Shown here: positions 39,875 through 50,130 of the stretch, one piece after another | How the letters are laid out: every line of letters starts with the position of its first letter | Numbering within the stretch: the stretch's first letter is position 1 | DNA from: Nitrospirota bacterium | Lineage (GTDB): Bacteria > Nitrospirota > UBA9217 | Length of the DNA stretch: 64,000 nucleotides | NCBI GenBank assembly: GCA_963754875.1 | Contig: CAVWHO010000003.1 | Span: 1-64,000 of the forward strand | Direction of reading: 5' to 3' | Position numbers and translations under genes: made by a program | Notes under the pieces: model-generated | The model's input: the letters and a program-made list of their open reading frames with translations, nothing else | Database searches by the model: none | What the model was told of the DNA's origin: nothing

Positions 39875-41635
39875 TTATTCCTCCTCTGCTTCTTGCGTTA
39901 CCCTGAGCACTTCTTCAACGGACGTGACACCGGCTGCGACTTTGAGCAACCCTTCCTGGCGCAGCGTCTTGAATCCGGCCTGGACAGCCGCTGATGTGAT
40001 GGCGGAACTTGCCGCTTTGGCGATGATCAGCGTCCGTATGGCCTCATGCATTTCAATAAGTTCATAAATCCCGACCCGCTCCCGATAACCGGTGTTCTTG
40101 CAGGCAGGGCACCCCTCGCCCCGGTAGAAAGTTGCACTGCCGGGCGTTATTCCGAGGCTCGTGAGCAGTTCAGGAGTGGCGGGGTACGGTTTTTTGCAGC
40201 GGTCGCAGATCTTCCGCGTTAATCTTTGGGCGAGGATGCCGATAACCGAAGAAGCGACCAAAAACGGTTCTACCCCCATGTCAATGAGCCGTGTAGCAGC
40301 GCTTCCCGCATCATTCGTATGCAAAGTGGCAAAGACCAGGTGCCCGGTGAGAGCAGCCTGGATAGCGATTTCAGCGGTCTCGCGGTCTCTGATTTCTCCG
40401 ACCATGATGATGTCCGGGTCCTGGCGGAGGATTGAACGCAGTCCGCTGGCAAAGGTCACCCCGGCCTTGGGGTTCACCTGCAACTGGTTAACGCCCATGA
40501 TCTGATATTCGACGGGGTCTTCGACCGTCACCACATTATTCGCTTTTCTATCGATCGAGTTGATACTGGCGTAGAGCGTCGTGGTCTTGCCGCTCCCCGT
40601 CGGCCCTGTAACAAGGATCATGCCGTAAGGCCTGCTGATCAGCCTACGATACCGATCCAACATGTGCGGTGAGAAATTCAGCCCTTCCATGTTCAGAATG
40701 ATGTGAGATCGGTCGAGGATGCGCATTACCACGGTTTCGCCTTGAATAACCGGCAGCGTCGAGACACGCATATCAACGGTCGTATCGCCATCCAAGCGCA
40801 AAAAACTTCTCTCGTGAAACACGGCTGTAACAACAGGACCGGAATCGCTGTGGGTCACCCGCGCCTGGAACCGTCCGTCCTGCGGCGCCCGCTTTTCCGC
40901 GATATCCATACCTGCCAGGATCTTGATCCGCGAGACGATTGGCGCGTGCATTTCGCGCGGGAGCGTCCTCACCTCGGCGAGTACGCCGTCGATCCGGTAA
41001 CGAACTTTAACATTCTTCCCTTCGGGGTCGATGTGGATGTCGCTGGCACGATCCAGGATAGCCTGGGCGATCAGCATGCTCACCATCTTGACGACGGGAG
41101 CATCTTCTGCAGCGGGACCGGCTATCGTCGCGGTCTCACGGCCCGCGCCTTGTTCATCTGCGAAATCTATCGCCGCCGCATCGATGGTCTGGCTCATGCC
41201 GAAGTAGCGGTCGATGGCCCTCAATATATCGGACCGGGTTGCCACAACCTGCCGGATTTCCAGGCCGGTCGTCTTGCGAATATCGTCGACTCCGAAGATG
41301 TTCAGAGGGTCTGCCATTGCAACTACCAGGGCTTCTTTATCCTTATATAAGGGAAGAGCAACAAGACGTCTTGCCATGTCTCCGGGAAGTATTTGTACAC
41401 TCTCGACGTCGACCAGCTGTTTGTCGATATCGATATAAGGGACATTGAGCTGCCTTCCGAGAAATGTTGCTATATTATGTTCGCTGATGAACCCAAGGTC
41501 GACCAGAATCTCGCCGATCTTACCGCCCCTTTTCTTCTGATCTTCGAGGGCTTTCATGAGTTGTTCATCTTTTATCAGTCCGCCGGCGACCAGCATTTCA
41601 CCGAGCATTTTCTTTTTCACTTCCGTAGAGGCCAT
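39875..41635 (-). CDS. PilB/GspE-family extension ATPase with N-terminal MshEN-like domain
   Basis: LGEMLV..GLI...QL..AL..Q, ASDIHIDP, GPTGSGKTTT, LRQDPD, GHLVFATLHTND and tetra-Cys motif. Confidence 0.92.
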   Translation of the reverse strand: MASTEVKKKMLGEMLVAGGLIKDEQLMKALEDQKKRGGKIGEILVDLGFISEHNIATFLGRQLNVPYIDIDKQLVDVESVQILPGDMARRLVALPLYKDKEALVVAMADPLNIFGVDDIRKTTGLEIRQVVATRSDILRAIDRYFGMSQTIDAAAIDFADEQGAGRETATIAGPAAEDAPVVKMVSMLIAQAILDRASDIHIDPEGKNVKVRYRIDGVLAEVRTLPREMHAPIVSRIKILAGMDIAEKRAPQDGRFQARVTHSDSGPVVTAVFHERSFLRLDGDTTVDMRVSTLPVIQGETVVMRILDRSHIILNMEGLNFSPHMLDRYRRLISRPYGMILVTGPTGSGKTTTLYASINSIDRKANNVVTVEDPVEYQIMGVNQLQVNPKAGVTFASGLRSILRQDPDIIMVGEIRDRETAEIAIQAALTGHLVFATLHTNDAGSAATRLIDMGVEPFLVASSVIGILAQRLTRKICDRCKKPYPATPELLTSLGITPGSATFYRGEGCPACKNTGYRERVGIYELIEMHEAIRTLIIAKAASSAITSAAVQAGFKTLRQEGLLKVAAGVTSVEEVLRVTQEAEEE

Positions 41636-42245
41636 AACGCGCTCCTTTTTCATTTGCAGTCAGTATGCCTGCCCGCATGGTGCTTCGTAAATATTTTACG
41701 TTCGATCCATTCTGAGCTCTGAGCAGCACAGAAGATTACATTTGAGCTCGGTTGCAGGAGAATTCACGCTCCAGCGTAACAACTTATAAAAGAGGGAAAC
41801 GTTGGACATACTGGGGGAGCAAGAACCGAGCCCTTTACGGATTATACCAAAATAATATTTGGTCAGTAAAGATAATTCTGGTACCAACGGTAAAGAGTTT
41901 GCCTGGCTAAGATTTCATAAAATTAAAGTTAGCCCGATAGTTGCCGATAAGATAGAAAAGAAAAATCCGGATGTGGGGTTTTTCGTTCAGTTTCGGGGCG
42001 TGACGCTGCAATTCATGGTCATGGTGCGTCATACTTGTGCGGGGAAAACCGGTAAGTGGTCCGTGCACCGGTGAAGACTCATTACTCATCAGAAAAAGAG
42101 ACAGCATTTTTCGATGTTTCGGATAAACTTGTAAATAATTTCGACCTGGAGCGATAATATTCAAATGTTCACTACATCTCAATACGATCCCGCTGTTCCA
42201 TCCAATTTAAGTATGCCGGTTTTTAAGGTAGGAGGTCCTGGGGAA

Positions 42246-43319
42246 ATGGCCGATAAGGGGAAGAATACCCTGCTGATTGTTGATGATGATCCCTACGTGC
42301 TCGAATCCATTTCAACGCTGTTGAAAGAGTACGGATTTACTGTCTGTACGTGCCAAAATGCGGCGGATGCCATAAAAATGGTCAATAAAGTCAATTTCGA
42401 TGTGGTCTTGACTGACATCAAAATGCCTCAGGTGACCGGCATCGAACTTTTGCAGAACATTCATGCCTACAATCAGCAAATCCCGGTTATTTTAATGACG
42501 GCCTTTGCCGAACTCGACGTAGCTGTTGACGCAGTCAAACGGGGTGCCTTCGATTTTATCACAAAACCCTATAATCCCGACTATCTCTTGCACTCCGTTG
42601 AAAAAGCGGTCAAATATACGCGCTTTATCCAAATGGAAAAAAATTACAAAGCCATGCTGGAAGATACGGTCCGTATACGCACCCAGGAACTCGCGGACGC
42701 TTTGACCATGGTCAAAAACATGAGTTCCGAGATCATCCAGCGGTTGACGGCTGTTGCAGAATACCGTGACACCGATACCGGCGCCCATATTGCACGGATC
42801 GGCCTCTATTCTCACAAGATCGCCAAGGCCATGAATATGCCGCCCGAATTCGTGGAAACGCTTACTTTTGCAAGCCCTATGCATGATCTCGGGAAGATCG
42901 GCATTCCCGATAGTATCCTGCTTAAGACCGGCTCCCTTATACCGGAAGAGTTCGAGGTCATGAAGAAACATACTACGATGGGCGAGAAAATGCTGACGGG
43001 TTCAACATACCCGGGGATTCAAGTGGCCGCGTCCATTGCGTTATCACATCACGAACGATGGGACGGCAAAGGATATCCTCGCGGACTCAAAGGCAAAGAG
43101 ATACCCATTGAAGGGAGGATCGTCATGCTCGTGGACCAGTATGATGCGTTGCGGAGTAAAAGACCGTACAAACCGGCATTTGATCATGAAAAAACATTTA
43201 AAATCATCACTGAAGGAGATGGAAGAACGATGCCGGAGCATTTCGACCCGGCCGTATTAGAGGCTTTTGTAACAGTAGCCCCGTTTTTTAATGAAATTTT
43301 CGAGGCACATCAAGATTAA
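42246..43319 (+). CDS. Response regulator with HD-GYP (cyclic-di-nucleotide phosphodiesterase) output
   Basis: REC (IVDDD, TDIKMP, KP), [18 protein letters not shown] and RPYK. Confidence 0.93.
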   Translation: MADKGKNTLLIVDDDPYVLESISTLLKEYGFTVCTCQNAADAIKMVNKVNFDVVLTDIKMPQVTGIELLQNIHAYNQQIPVILMTAFAELDVAVDAVKRGAFDFITKPYNPDYLLHSVEKAVKYTRFIQMEKNYKAMLEDTVRIRTQELADALTMVKNMSSEIIQRLTAVAEYRDTDTGAHIARIGLYSHKIAKAMNMPPEFVETLTFASPMHDLGKIGIPDSILLKTGSLIPEEFEVMKKHTTMGEKMLTGSTYPGIQVAASIALSHHERWDGKGYPRGLKGKEIPIEGRIVMLVDQYDALRSKRPYKPAFDHEKTFKIITEGDGRTMPEHFDPAVLEAFVTVAPFFNEIFEAHQD

Positions 43320-43485
43320 ACGGAGCTGCCACTTCACCTTGTCACGAACGTATCATGCCCGAGCTTTCAGCCCTCGCCCACTGCACGAAAGATCTTTTTA
43401 CCAGCCGTTTTTTTCTTGAAGAGTGTCCCGCTCCCTGTTAAATTTCAATGGCAGTTATGTTATAATGGTCCAAAAGGGAGGAGCT

Positions 43486-44403
43486 ATGCATTCATCGTTC
43501 CTGAGATATGTTCTCCTGGCAAGCAGTCTCATCCTGATACCCTCGTGTCAGACAAAACAGCAGGAGGGGGCGGTTGAAGGAGCAGTGGTGCCGCCCTGCC
43601 CCGGTGCCCGCGTCATTGTCAGCCGATCCGGGAATACGGTGAATGCAGTTGACGCCGATATGCGTACCGGCACATTCAGGATCACGTTGTCACCGGGCGA
43701 ATACGACGTGAGGATAAGCGCACCTGCATCGCCGTTACCGGTGATTTTTTCAGGTGTAAGCGTAGCCCCTGGAAAAACCGCTCAGTTGCCGCCAGTCAAG
43801 GTCGCTCAGCCTGCCGGAGCGTCATCAATATCCGGTACCGTTTTGCCAGCCGCTGCCGATACCAAGATTACCTTGTTTTACGAAGGCCAGGAACGAGCAT
43901 CAATAAACGCTTCCTCGGAAGGTAGATACGAATTCGCGGCCCTTCCGTCGGGAACGTATACGGTTTTGGCAACGGCTCCCGGCTACTCCGCTGATAAAAC
44001 GGAGCTTCGCATTGCGGAGGGCCGCTCCGTTTCGCAGAATATGAGGATGCTTTATGTTACTCCGATCAATGGGATCGATTGGGAGCGTGCGGCAATCCGC
44101 GCCACGGGAAGAGGTGTGTATCCGGCAAACGCTTCGAACCCTACGGCGCTGCACGAGATGGCCAAACGCGCTGCCCTCTCCGAGGCTGAGCGGAACCTTA
44201 TTCTGATTGTCGAGCAGATAAAACTAGATCCGAAGCATGACCTGAAATCGCTTATGACGGGCAGCGCCTATACAGTGAGAATCCACGGGTTCCTCCAGGG
44301 GTTCAAAATCGTTGAAGAGCGCGAAGTGGGCAATGGTGTTGAAGTGATACTGGAGCTTCCCCTCAACGGCCCGAGCGGTCTGACTCGGCAAATTTCTGAT
44401 TAA
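43486..44403 (+). CDS. Lipoprotein with carboxypeptidase-regulatory-like beta-sandwich repeats and an LPP20-like C-terminal domain
   Basis: Lipobox IPSC; GTFRITLSPGEY and GRYEFAALPSGTY repeats; C-terminal IDW....IRATGRG...AKRAAL.EA.RNL. Confidence 0.72.
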   Translation: MHSSFLRYVLLASSLILIPSCQTKQQEGAVEGAVVPPCPGARVIVSRSGNTVNAVDADMRTGTFRITLSPGEYDVRISAPASPLPVIFSGVSVAPGKTAQLPPVKVAQPAGASSISGTVLPAAADTKITLFYEGQERASINASSEGRYEFAALPSGTYTVLATAPGYSADKTELRIAEGRSVSQNMRMLYVTPINGIDWERAAIRATGRGVYPANASNPTALHEMAKRAALSEAERNLILIVEQIKLDPKHDLKSLMTGSAYTVRIHGFLQGFKIVEEREVGNGVEVILELPLNGPSGLTRQISD

Positions 44404-44425
44404 CTTACGCTGCCTTGTAAATATT

Positions 44426-44998
44426 ATGGGAAATTCACGTCATCCACTGCCCGTCAAGCTGTTTTTCGGTATGCTTACTCCGGAACCTTCCCTATTCGAC
44501 ACCTGCATAGAAATCCTGAGCAAGGAATACGGTCCCCAAGACGTACAGAGCGAAACTTGGCCCTGGGACAAAACCGATTATTATCGGACGGAAATGGGGA
44601 CGGGCATACTCAGAAAATTCATTTTCTGCGAACGGCTCATCGATCCGGCGGTGTTTCCCGCGATCAAACAGTTCACCAATGCCTTGGAACATACCTTTGC
44701 ATTGCCCGGTGGCGGCACGCCACGGCGCAGGATCAACATTGATCCGGGCTACGTAACAGAGGCGAAGATCGTTCTCGCGACGACAAAGGATTTTTCACAC
44801 CGGATCTACATCGGTTCGGACATATACGCAGAGGTTACGCTTCGGTACCATTTGCGCGAGCGGCGATTCGTTCCCATGGATTACACCTACCCCGACTACC
44901 GCAGCGACACTTATGTCTTGATGTTCAATAAAGCAAGAGAGTTACTGAGAAAAGCCCTCCATACACCGTCTACAGTCGATGATCGTGTGAAGGAGTAG
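44426..44998 (+). CDS. DUF4416 family protein
   Basis: TDYY..EMG, RRINIDPGY, LATTKDFSHRIY and YTYPDY. Confidence 0.88.
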   Translation: MGNSRHPLPVKLFFGMLTPEPSLFDTCIEILSKEYGPQDVQSETWPWDKTDYYRTEMGTGILRKFIFCERLIDPAVFPAIKQFTNALEHTFALPGGGTPRRRINIDPGYVTEAKIVLATTKDFSHRIYIGSDIYAEVTLRYHLRERRFVPMDYTYPDYRSDTYVLMFNKARELLRKALHTPSTVDDRVKE

Positions 44999-45011
44999 TA
45001 CTACAGGGGAG

Positions 45012-45542
45012 TTAGAGGGAGGTCGTGGTAACGGCCGGTGCGGAAGACATGTCTGCCGGCGGCGCCTCGTGCGCAAGGAATGCCTTGACTGCGCGAATGG
45101 TATCAGACGGGATAAACTCCTGAGGCAGTAAATGTATGCGGTCAAAGGGCTTGATGTCTTTATTCGTAAAGCTGAGATTCGGACTGTCCCAAGCCTGAAA
45201 ATCTTTTACCGCCTTCCTGATCTGTTCGTGAACCATCATTTCAATCACTTCAAAAGTTACTTTGCCTGTCTTTAACAGCAATGCACCGAGAGGGGTATAG
45301 GAGTTCATTTTTTGCAGTTTCAATGTTTCGAGCAGATCTTCATCCGTGATCACTCCTCCTTCTACCAACAGATCTCCGATGGCACGGGAGTAAGGAGAAA
45401 AAGCCTGGAGAATCTTTCCCCGATGAAACAAAATCGTGCCGATATTATTCCCCGATTCCATCACCAGTTCCCCGGTGCGGGCCTGCACCCCGATCAGAAA
45501 CAGGATATCTGCAACTGATAATTCCAAAGAACTTGCCTTCAT
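45012..45542 (-). CDS. DUF4388 (PatA_N-like) domain protein with an MshEN-like segment
   Basis: SL...ADIL......RTGEL and IGDLLVEGGVIT..L..L..Q...PLGALL. Confidence 0.78.
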   Translation of the reverse strand: MKASSLELSVADILFLIGVQARTGELVMESGNNIGTILFHRGKILQAFSPYSRAIGDLLVEGGVITDEDLLETLKLQKMNSYTPLGALLLKTGKVTFEVIEMMVHEQIRKAVKDFQAWDSPNLSFTNKDIKPFDRIHLLPQEFIPSDTIRAVKAFLAHEAPPADMSSAPAVTTTSL

Positions 45543-45892
45543 GGGGGACTATTTAATCATAAAAGCTGGCGCATGTCAAACAAATAGGGATAGAGCTTCC
45601 GCCCGACAACAGGAATGTGTCACTCTCGCGAAAGCAAAAATGTTCAATGTATGGCGCCAGAAGTCAAGATTCAGGTGTGCAAGTAGTCGGGCAGAAACAG
45701 CACCGAAAGTTCAGGTCGTTTGACGAAAAGATCAGGAGGATTTCGGCACGGTCGCGGTCCTGACACCGGCAATCATGAGGTCTCGCGACAGAGAAGAAGA
45801 AAAAAACGAGCGCAGCAACGGCATCTCCTGCCCGATCCTTGGAAAAACCTTTCCGTTTCAAGATTCGGGCCAGAGATCACCTCTCTGGAATC

Positions 45893-46330
45893 CTACGCGG
45901 ATTTTAACTTCAACGGTTGGGAAGTCGGGATGCTCTTTCCTGCTCGATTCGGAGATGCAGTTTGTTCGGCACTTTCGAGGGCTGCTTTTACGATCCGTCC
46001 AAGTTCCTTGGCTTTGACCGGTTTATTGACATATTCAAAAACGCCGAGACTGAGCGACTTCAGATAGGATTCCACGGCACCATATGCCGTAAGCATTACT
46101 ACCGGTACGGATGGCAAAATCCGTTTGAGCAGAACGAGAAATTCCAGTCCATCCATACCTGGCATTCGATACTCGGTTATGACGAGGTCCACCGATGCTC
46201 CTTCCCGGATGGTCGTGAGTGCCGACTGGGGATCCGGCTTTGCAATGACTTTGAATCCAAACCGATTTAATACTTCGCCGAGACTCCTTAAATTTTCAAG
46301 CTCATTGTCCACCACGAGTAAGGTTTTCAT
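45893..46330 (-). CDS. Single-domain response regulator (atypical: Glu at the expected phospho-Asp position)
   Basis: LLVVDNE, ITEYRMP, MLTAYG and NKPV. Confidence 0.88.
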   Translation of the reverse strand: MKTLLVVDNELENLRSLGEVLNRFGFKVIAKPDPQSALTTIREGASVDLVITEYRMPGMDGLEFLVLLKRILPSVPVVMLTAYGAVESYLKSLSLGVFEYVNKPVKAKELGRIVKAALESAEQTASPNRAGKSIPTSQPLKLKSA

Positions 46331-46484
46331 AATTGGTTTTCTCCGTTTTTGATGGGTCAATTAAGCTTTTGTCAGCCGATCGCCTTTATTGCTTTAAAAT
46401 GCTAAACAGCTTTGTTTCTTTGGCGCATAAACTTTATCTTCAAAATTGTTAAGCTGAATAACCATGAGATTCCATGAGAATCAC

Positions 46485-46500
46485 TGCAAGAATTTTGCCG
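46485..46500 (-). promoter_or_regulatory. sigma54 (-24/-12) promoter upstream of the single-domain response regulator
   Basis: Minus strand CGGCAAAATTCTTGCA = GG-N10-GC; lies just downstream of an NtrC-family activator gene. Confidence 0.65.
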
Positions 46501-46609
46501 GGTATTTACTTCACAAAAACCACGACTTGCATTTTAGGGCAATGATGGATTTCAGACACTGTCGACCCACATTGCGAAGCGTGGCAGTTAACATATTAAT
46601 TTTAAAAGG

Positions 46610-48043
46610 TTATTGATATGTCTGATTTTGGACTGCATTAATGCCTCGGTCGACATTCATCTCCTCTGCGAGAGCGCCGATATCCATTTTTGTATCTACA
46701 ACAATCCCGTGCTTTTGGATCTTGCTGTAGAGCGTTGATCTGGGTATTCTTAAAATTTTTGCAGCAAGATGTTTGTTACCGTGGCAGTCTTTCAATGTTT
46801 TCATGATCAGATCCTTCTCGGTTTCCCGGAGCGACATCAATTCATTGTTCTGCTGCAATTCATGCGACCTTCCTTGAATGTTTTCCGGGAGGTCAGACGG
46901 CATGATCTGCGTCCCTTTCGCCATCACCATTGCGTATTCAACTGCGTTCACCAATTCTCTTACGTTGCCGGGCCACGGGTAGCGCAGGAGAAGGTCCATG
47001 GCCGACGGCGAGACTGAGTGGACGCGACTGCTCCCCTTGAATTTTTCCAATATGTGATTGACCAACAGGGGGATATCGCTTAATCGTTCGACAAGTTCAG
47101 GTAAATTGATTGTAATGACGTTCAGACGGTAATACAGGTCATCACGAAACATTTTCCGGCCAACTGCTTCCTTAAGATTGACGTTTGTAGCCGCGATCAG
47201 TCGAAAATCCACATAAATCGATTTCGATCCCCCGATCCTTTGCAGAGAATGCTCTTCCAGAACACGCAGCAGCTTCACCTGGGAAATGAGCGGCATCGTA
47301 TCGATCTCATCGAGGAAGAGTGTGCCTCCGGCCGCGGCCTCCACCCTGCCGATAGCTCGCTGGACCGCGCCGGTATAGGCCCCCTTTTCATGGCCGAAAA
47401 GCTCATTTTCAATGAGCGTTTCGGTGAAGACACCGCAATTCACCGCTTGAAAAGGACCGTCTGTTCTCAGCGATCGGTTATGGATCGCACGGGCAACGAG
47501 TTCTTTGCCGGTGCCGCTTTTTCCTTGAATGAGGACCGTACTGTCCGAAGGTGCAATATTGTCTATGATGTCACGAATGCGTTCAATCTTCTGATGGGTG
47601 CCAATAATGTCATAGCTCTTCCGGAGTCTCCGGATCTCTCCCCGGAGCTGTTTATTTTCCATAAGCGATTCGTAATAGGTACGTGCACGGTCGAGGATTT
47701 GAAGAAGATGTGGCGGTGAAAACGGTTTCGTAAGAAAATCGAAAGCCCCTATCTTCATTGCTTCCACAGCGAAATCTATGGTCCCTCTGCCGCTCATCAT
47801 AATCACCTGGGTTTCGGGAGTCTGCGATTTAAGGGACTTGAGCAAATCAATGCCGGTAATGTCCCTGAGCATCAGATCCGTGATAATGACACTATACTGA
47901 TCCCGCAGGGCTTTATCGAGGGCAATCGTGCCGTTTTCTGCCACATCAATCTGGTACTTGTCTTCATGGGATACGAGTTCCCGAAGCGAATCCAATACCA
48001 ACGATTCGTCGTCGACCAGCAATACTTTTGGTTTCAGCTCCAT
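46610..48043 (-). CDS. sigma54-dependent NtrC-family response regulator
   Basis: REC, GKSGTGKELVARAIH, ELFGHEKGAYTGA, LFLDEI, WPGNVREL and Fis-type HTH. Confidence 0.95.
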   Translation of the reverse strand: MELKPKVLLVDDESLVLDSLRELVSHEDKYQIDVAENGTIALDKALRDQYSVIITDLMLRDITGIDLLKSLKSQTPETQVIMMSGRGTIDFAVEAMKIGAFDFLTKPFSPPHLLQILDRARTYYESLMENKQLRGEIRRLRKSYDIIGTHQKIERIRDIIDNIAPSDSTVLIQGKSGTGKELVARAIHNRSLRTDGPFQAVNCGVFTETLIENELFGHEKGAYTGAVQRAIGRVEAAAGGTLFLDEIDTMPLISQVKLLRVLEEHSLQRIGGSKSIYVDFRLIAATNVNLKEAVGRKMFRDDLYYRLNVITINLPELVERLSDIPLLVNHILEKFKGSSRVHSVSPSAMDLLLRYPWPGNVRELVNAVEYAMVMAKGTQIMPSDLPENIQGRSHELQQNNELMSLRETEKDLIMKTLKDCHGNKHLAAKILRIPRSTLYSKIQKHGIVVDTKMDIGALAEEMNVDRGINAVQNQTYQ

Positions 48044-48553
48044 ACCCTGCCCTCCCTTGTCACTGCCGTGCTGAGAATTCAACGTCTTTCATTGCGTGCC
48101 AATGGCACAACCGGTGATCAGTTCAAACGAGCCTCAAATCAAGAGAACATTATGGCTGTTTACAATGATAAAAATTTTGGGTTAAAAATTGGAGGTGATG
48201 CTCTGCTCCCGACATTGGGCGTCTATGAACGCACAGATATACCACCCCCGTATTTCTTATCGGTAAAAAAGAATAAAACTTTAACAACAGAACGTTTTAT
48301 TTACAGCTGGAGAGGAACATCTGTAAGAAAATAAACACCAGAAGAGTGGGGCCAGCTTGCGAAAACGCGGCTATGCACGAGTGCATGCATGGCACGGTTT
48401 ACGGCGCATTACCCAAGGCCGTAGACGGGGGATTCAGTTTACGGGTCGACAACAGGACGTAACATGCCCACTTACAACACCGTTTTCCGGCTGCTTTCGG
48501 TGCTCAGACTGCGGATCTGCATCATTCGGTCGCCAGCGGGAACAGTGACCGTA

Positions 48554-49258
48554 TCAAAATGGTATTCCAAGCAAAAATCGGATCTCACTGTCATTGGTCT
48601 TATGATTGAGAGCATACACTGCACCGATATTTGCCCAAATTCTGCTCCCGGTCCAGGCGAATGACGGGCCGACTGTATATTCATTCTCGGTGTAGCTTCC
48701 CTTTGATTCAACCACCACACGAAGCCAGGGGACCATTTCATAGCTTATACCGGCTGCATACTCATGCTCGGTCACACCCGTTTCATATGGTCGGTCGTAT
48801 ATCTGGTTGTATGCCACATTGAGCCTTCCGATGTCTTTAGCGAGGACCAGCTTGCCCTCAAAGGTATTCCCTTCAACCTAATTTACTTCGTGCTCAGCTT
48901 AGAGGAGCACATCTAACGGCAGCATATTTTTTTCTGCTATTCTGTATCGCATTTCCAGATTATAGCCGACATACATAAAAGAGGAGCTGTCTGCATCCTG
49001 CTGGTAGACCTCATAAAGGCTTGCGCTCAGGCGGTCCGTTATGCCATACTCCAGTTCGATCTGCTGGCTCCAGTCACTGGCATTTCGTATGTGCCTGCCC
49101 CGTGTTATGGCGGTCTGGAAAAACTCAATTTCTGTACTGCTTTGCGCCGGGGTCGAATATTCCTCAGTCCAAACATAGTTCCTCTGGTCCGCCAGTGCAA
49201 CCCCTCCTGCACATGCCAGGACCGCAATCAGCATGCTGCCATATACGACTTTCTTCAT
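48554..49258 (-). pseudogene. Outer-membrane beta-barrel (DUF6662-like) interrupted by two in-frame stops
   Basis: ORFs 48899..49270 and 48554..48817 are in the same frame, separated by TAA (48899-48901) and TAG (48878-48880); signal peptide, QQIELEYGITD, FEGKLVLAKDIG and C-terminal GIPF. Confidence 0.7.
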
Positions 49259-49272
49259 CAAACCCTCCATTT

Positions 49273-49291
49273 GATATTGATAATCATTTTC
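49273..49291. promoter_or_regulatory. Fur box upstream of the beta-barrel gene
   Basis: GATATTGATAATCATTTTC, 17/19 match to GATAATGATAATCATTATC. Confidence 0.88.
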
Positions 49292-49305
49292 AGTATATCG
49301 TCAAT

Positions 49306-49339
49306 AAAAAACGGTGGCTGACATCGATGCAAGCCACCG
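49306..49339 (-). terminator. Rho-independent terminator after fur-feoB-dtxR
   Basis: CGGTGGCT...AGCCACCG hairpin followed by TTTTTT on the minus strand. Confidence 0.75.
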
Positions 49340-49348
49340 CAGATCGTC

Positions 49349-50056
49349 TTATATTTTTTTTACAAAAATCTCTTTCGTAATATCCTTATCCACGGCGATC
49401 ATCGTCTCGCCCAGTTGAAGCACATATGATGGCTTTTTCTGATGGAGTTTGACAACGCTGCCGGGGACAACGCCCATTGCTGATAATCGATCCAGGCGTG
49501 AGTGCGACCCGGGAGTTATGAATACGATCTTGGCCTGCTCACCCGGCACAAGATCCGCAAGCGGCGCTACGAGTGGCTTCATTTCTTGCCGGAACATGGC
49601 GCAGCATTCCCCGCGGGGGATCGGCTTTCCGTCAGGGGAATTCGGCGGGTGGCCAAGCAGTGTGCACACGCTGTCGGTCACCTCCGGCGAGAGAATGTGC
49701 TCGAACTTGCACGCTTCGGCCTCGGCGCCGTCAAGCGCAAAAAGGTCATAAAACAGCCGGAGTGAAAGGCGGTGGCGACGAACCAGTTCCCGCGCACGTT
49801 TCTCACCTTTCGACAATAGTTCCACAGTCTGTCCTTTGATCTCAATCCAACCATGTTTAGCAAGATCTTTCAGAATACTTCCGCAATCTTTGAGAGTACA
49901 ACTTAGCACTATCTGATCCAAGGTCAGGTTCCCCTCTTCTGCTAAGGTCCAGATAATCTCGAACAGCTCATCCTCTTTTTCGATCTCCGGAAGTACGCAC
50001 AGGGCCGGATGCCCCGCCTTGCCTTCAACCGTATCCAGTCTCTTATGCTCCGACAT
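49349..50056 (-). CDS. DtxR/MntR-family metal-dependent regulator with C-terminal FeoA domain
   Basis: RRHRL, EACKFEHILS and LGHP..SPDGKPIP; FeoA-like RLSAMGVVPG. Confidence 0.9.
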   Translation of the reverse strand: MSEHKRLDTVEGKAGHPALCVLPEIEKEDELFEIIWTLAEEGNLTLDQIVLSCTLKDCGSILKDLAKHGWIEIKGQTVELLSKGEKRARELVRRHRLSLRLFYDLFALDGAEAEACKFEHILSPEVTDSVCTLLGHPPNSPDGKPIPRGECCAMFRQEMKPLVAPLADLVPGEQAKIVFITPGSHSRLDRLSAMGVVPGSVVKLHQKKPSYVLQLGETMIAVDKDITKEIFVKKI

Positions 50057-50130
50057 AGTACCTCCTTAAGAATCAACCCACAGGGTGCATGAATCAGATG
50101 GGCTTTGTTCTCGATAACTCCACTTAGGAG

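Noticed and set aside
41655..41670. sigma54-like GG-N10-GC upstream of pilB (minus strand)
   Set aside because: The predicted TSS would fall within the RBS; too weak to list as a feature.
41660..42240. Possible c-di-GMP riboswitch between pilB and the HD-GYP gene
   Set aside because: GGCAAAC occurs on the minus strand, but the GNRA-capped stem and downstream GCAAA element are missing.
48878..48880. In-frame TAG as pyrrolysine or recoded stop
   Set aside because: A TAA lies seven codons upstream in the same frame, TAG is used as a normal stop elsewhere in the window, and no pyl genes are present.
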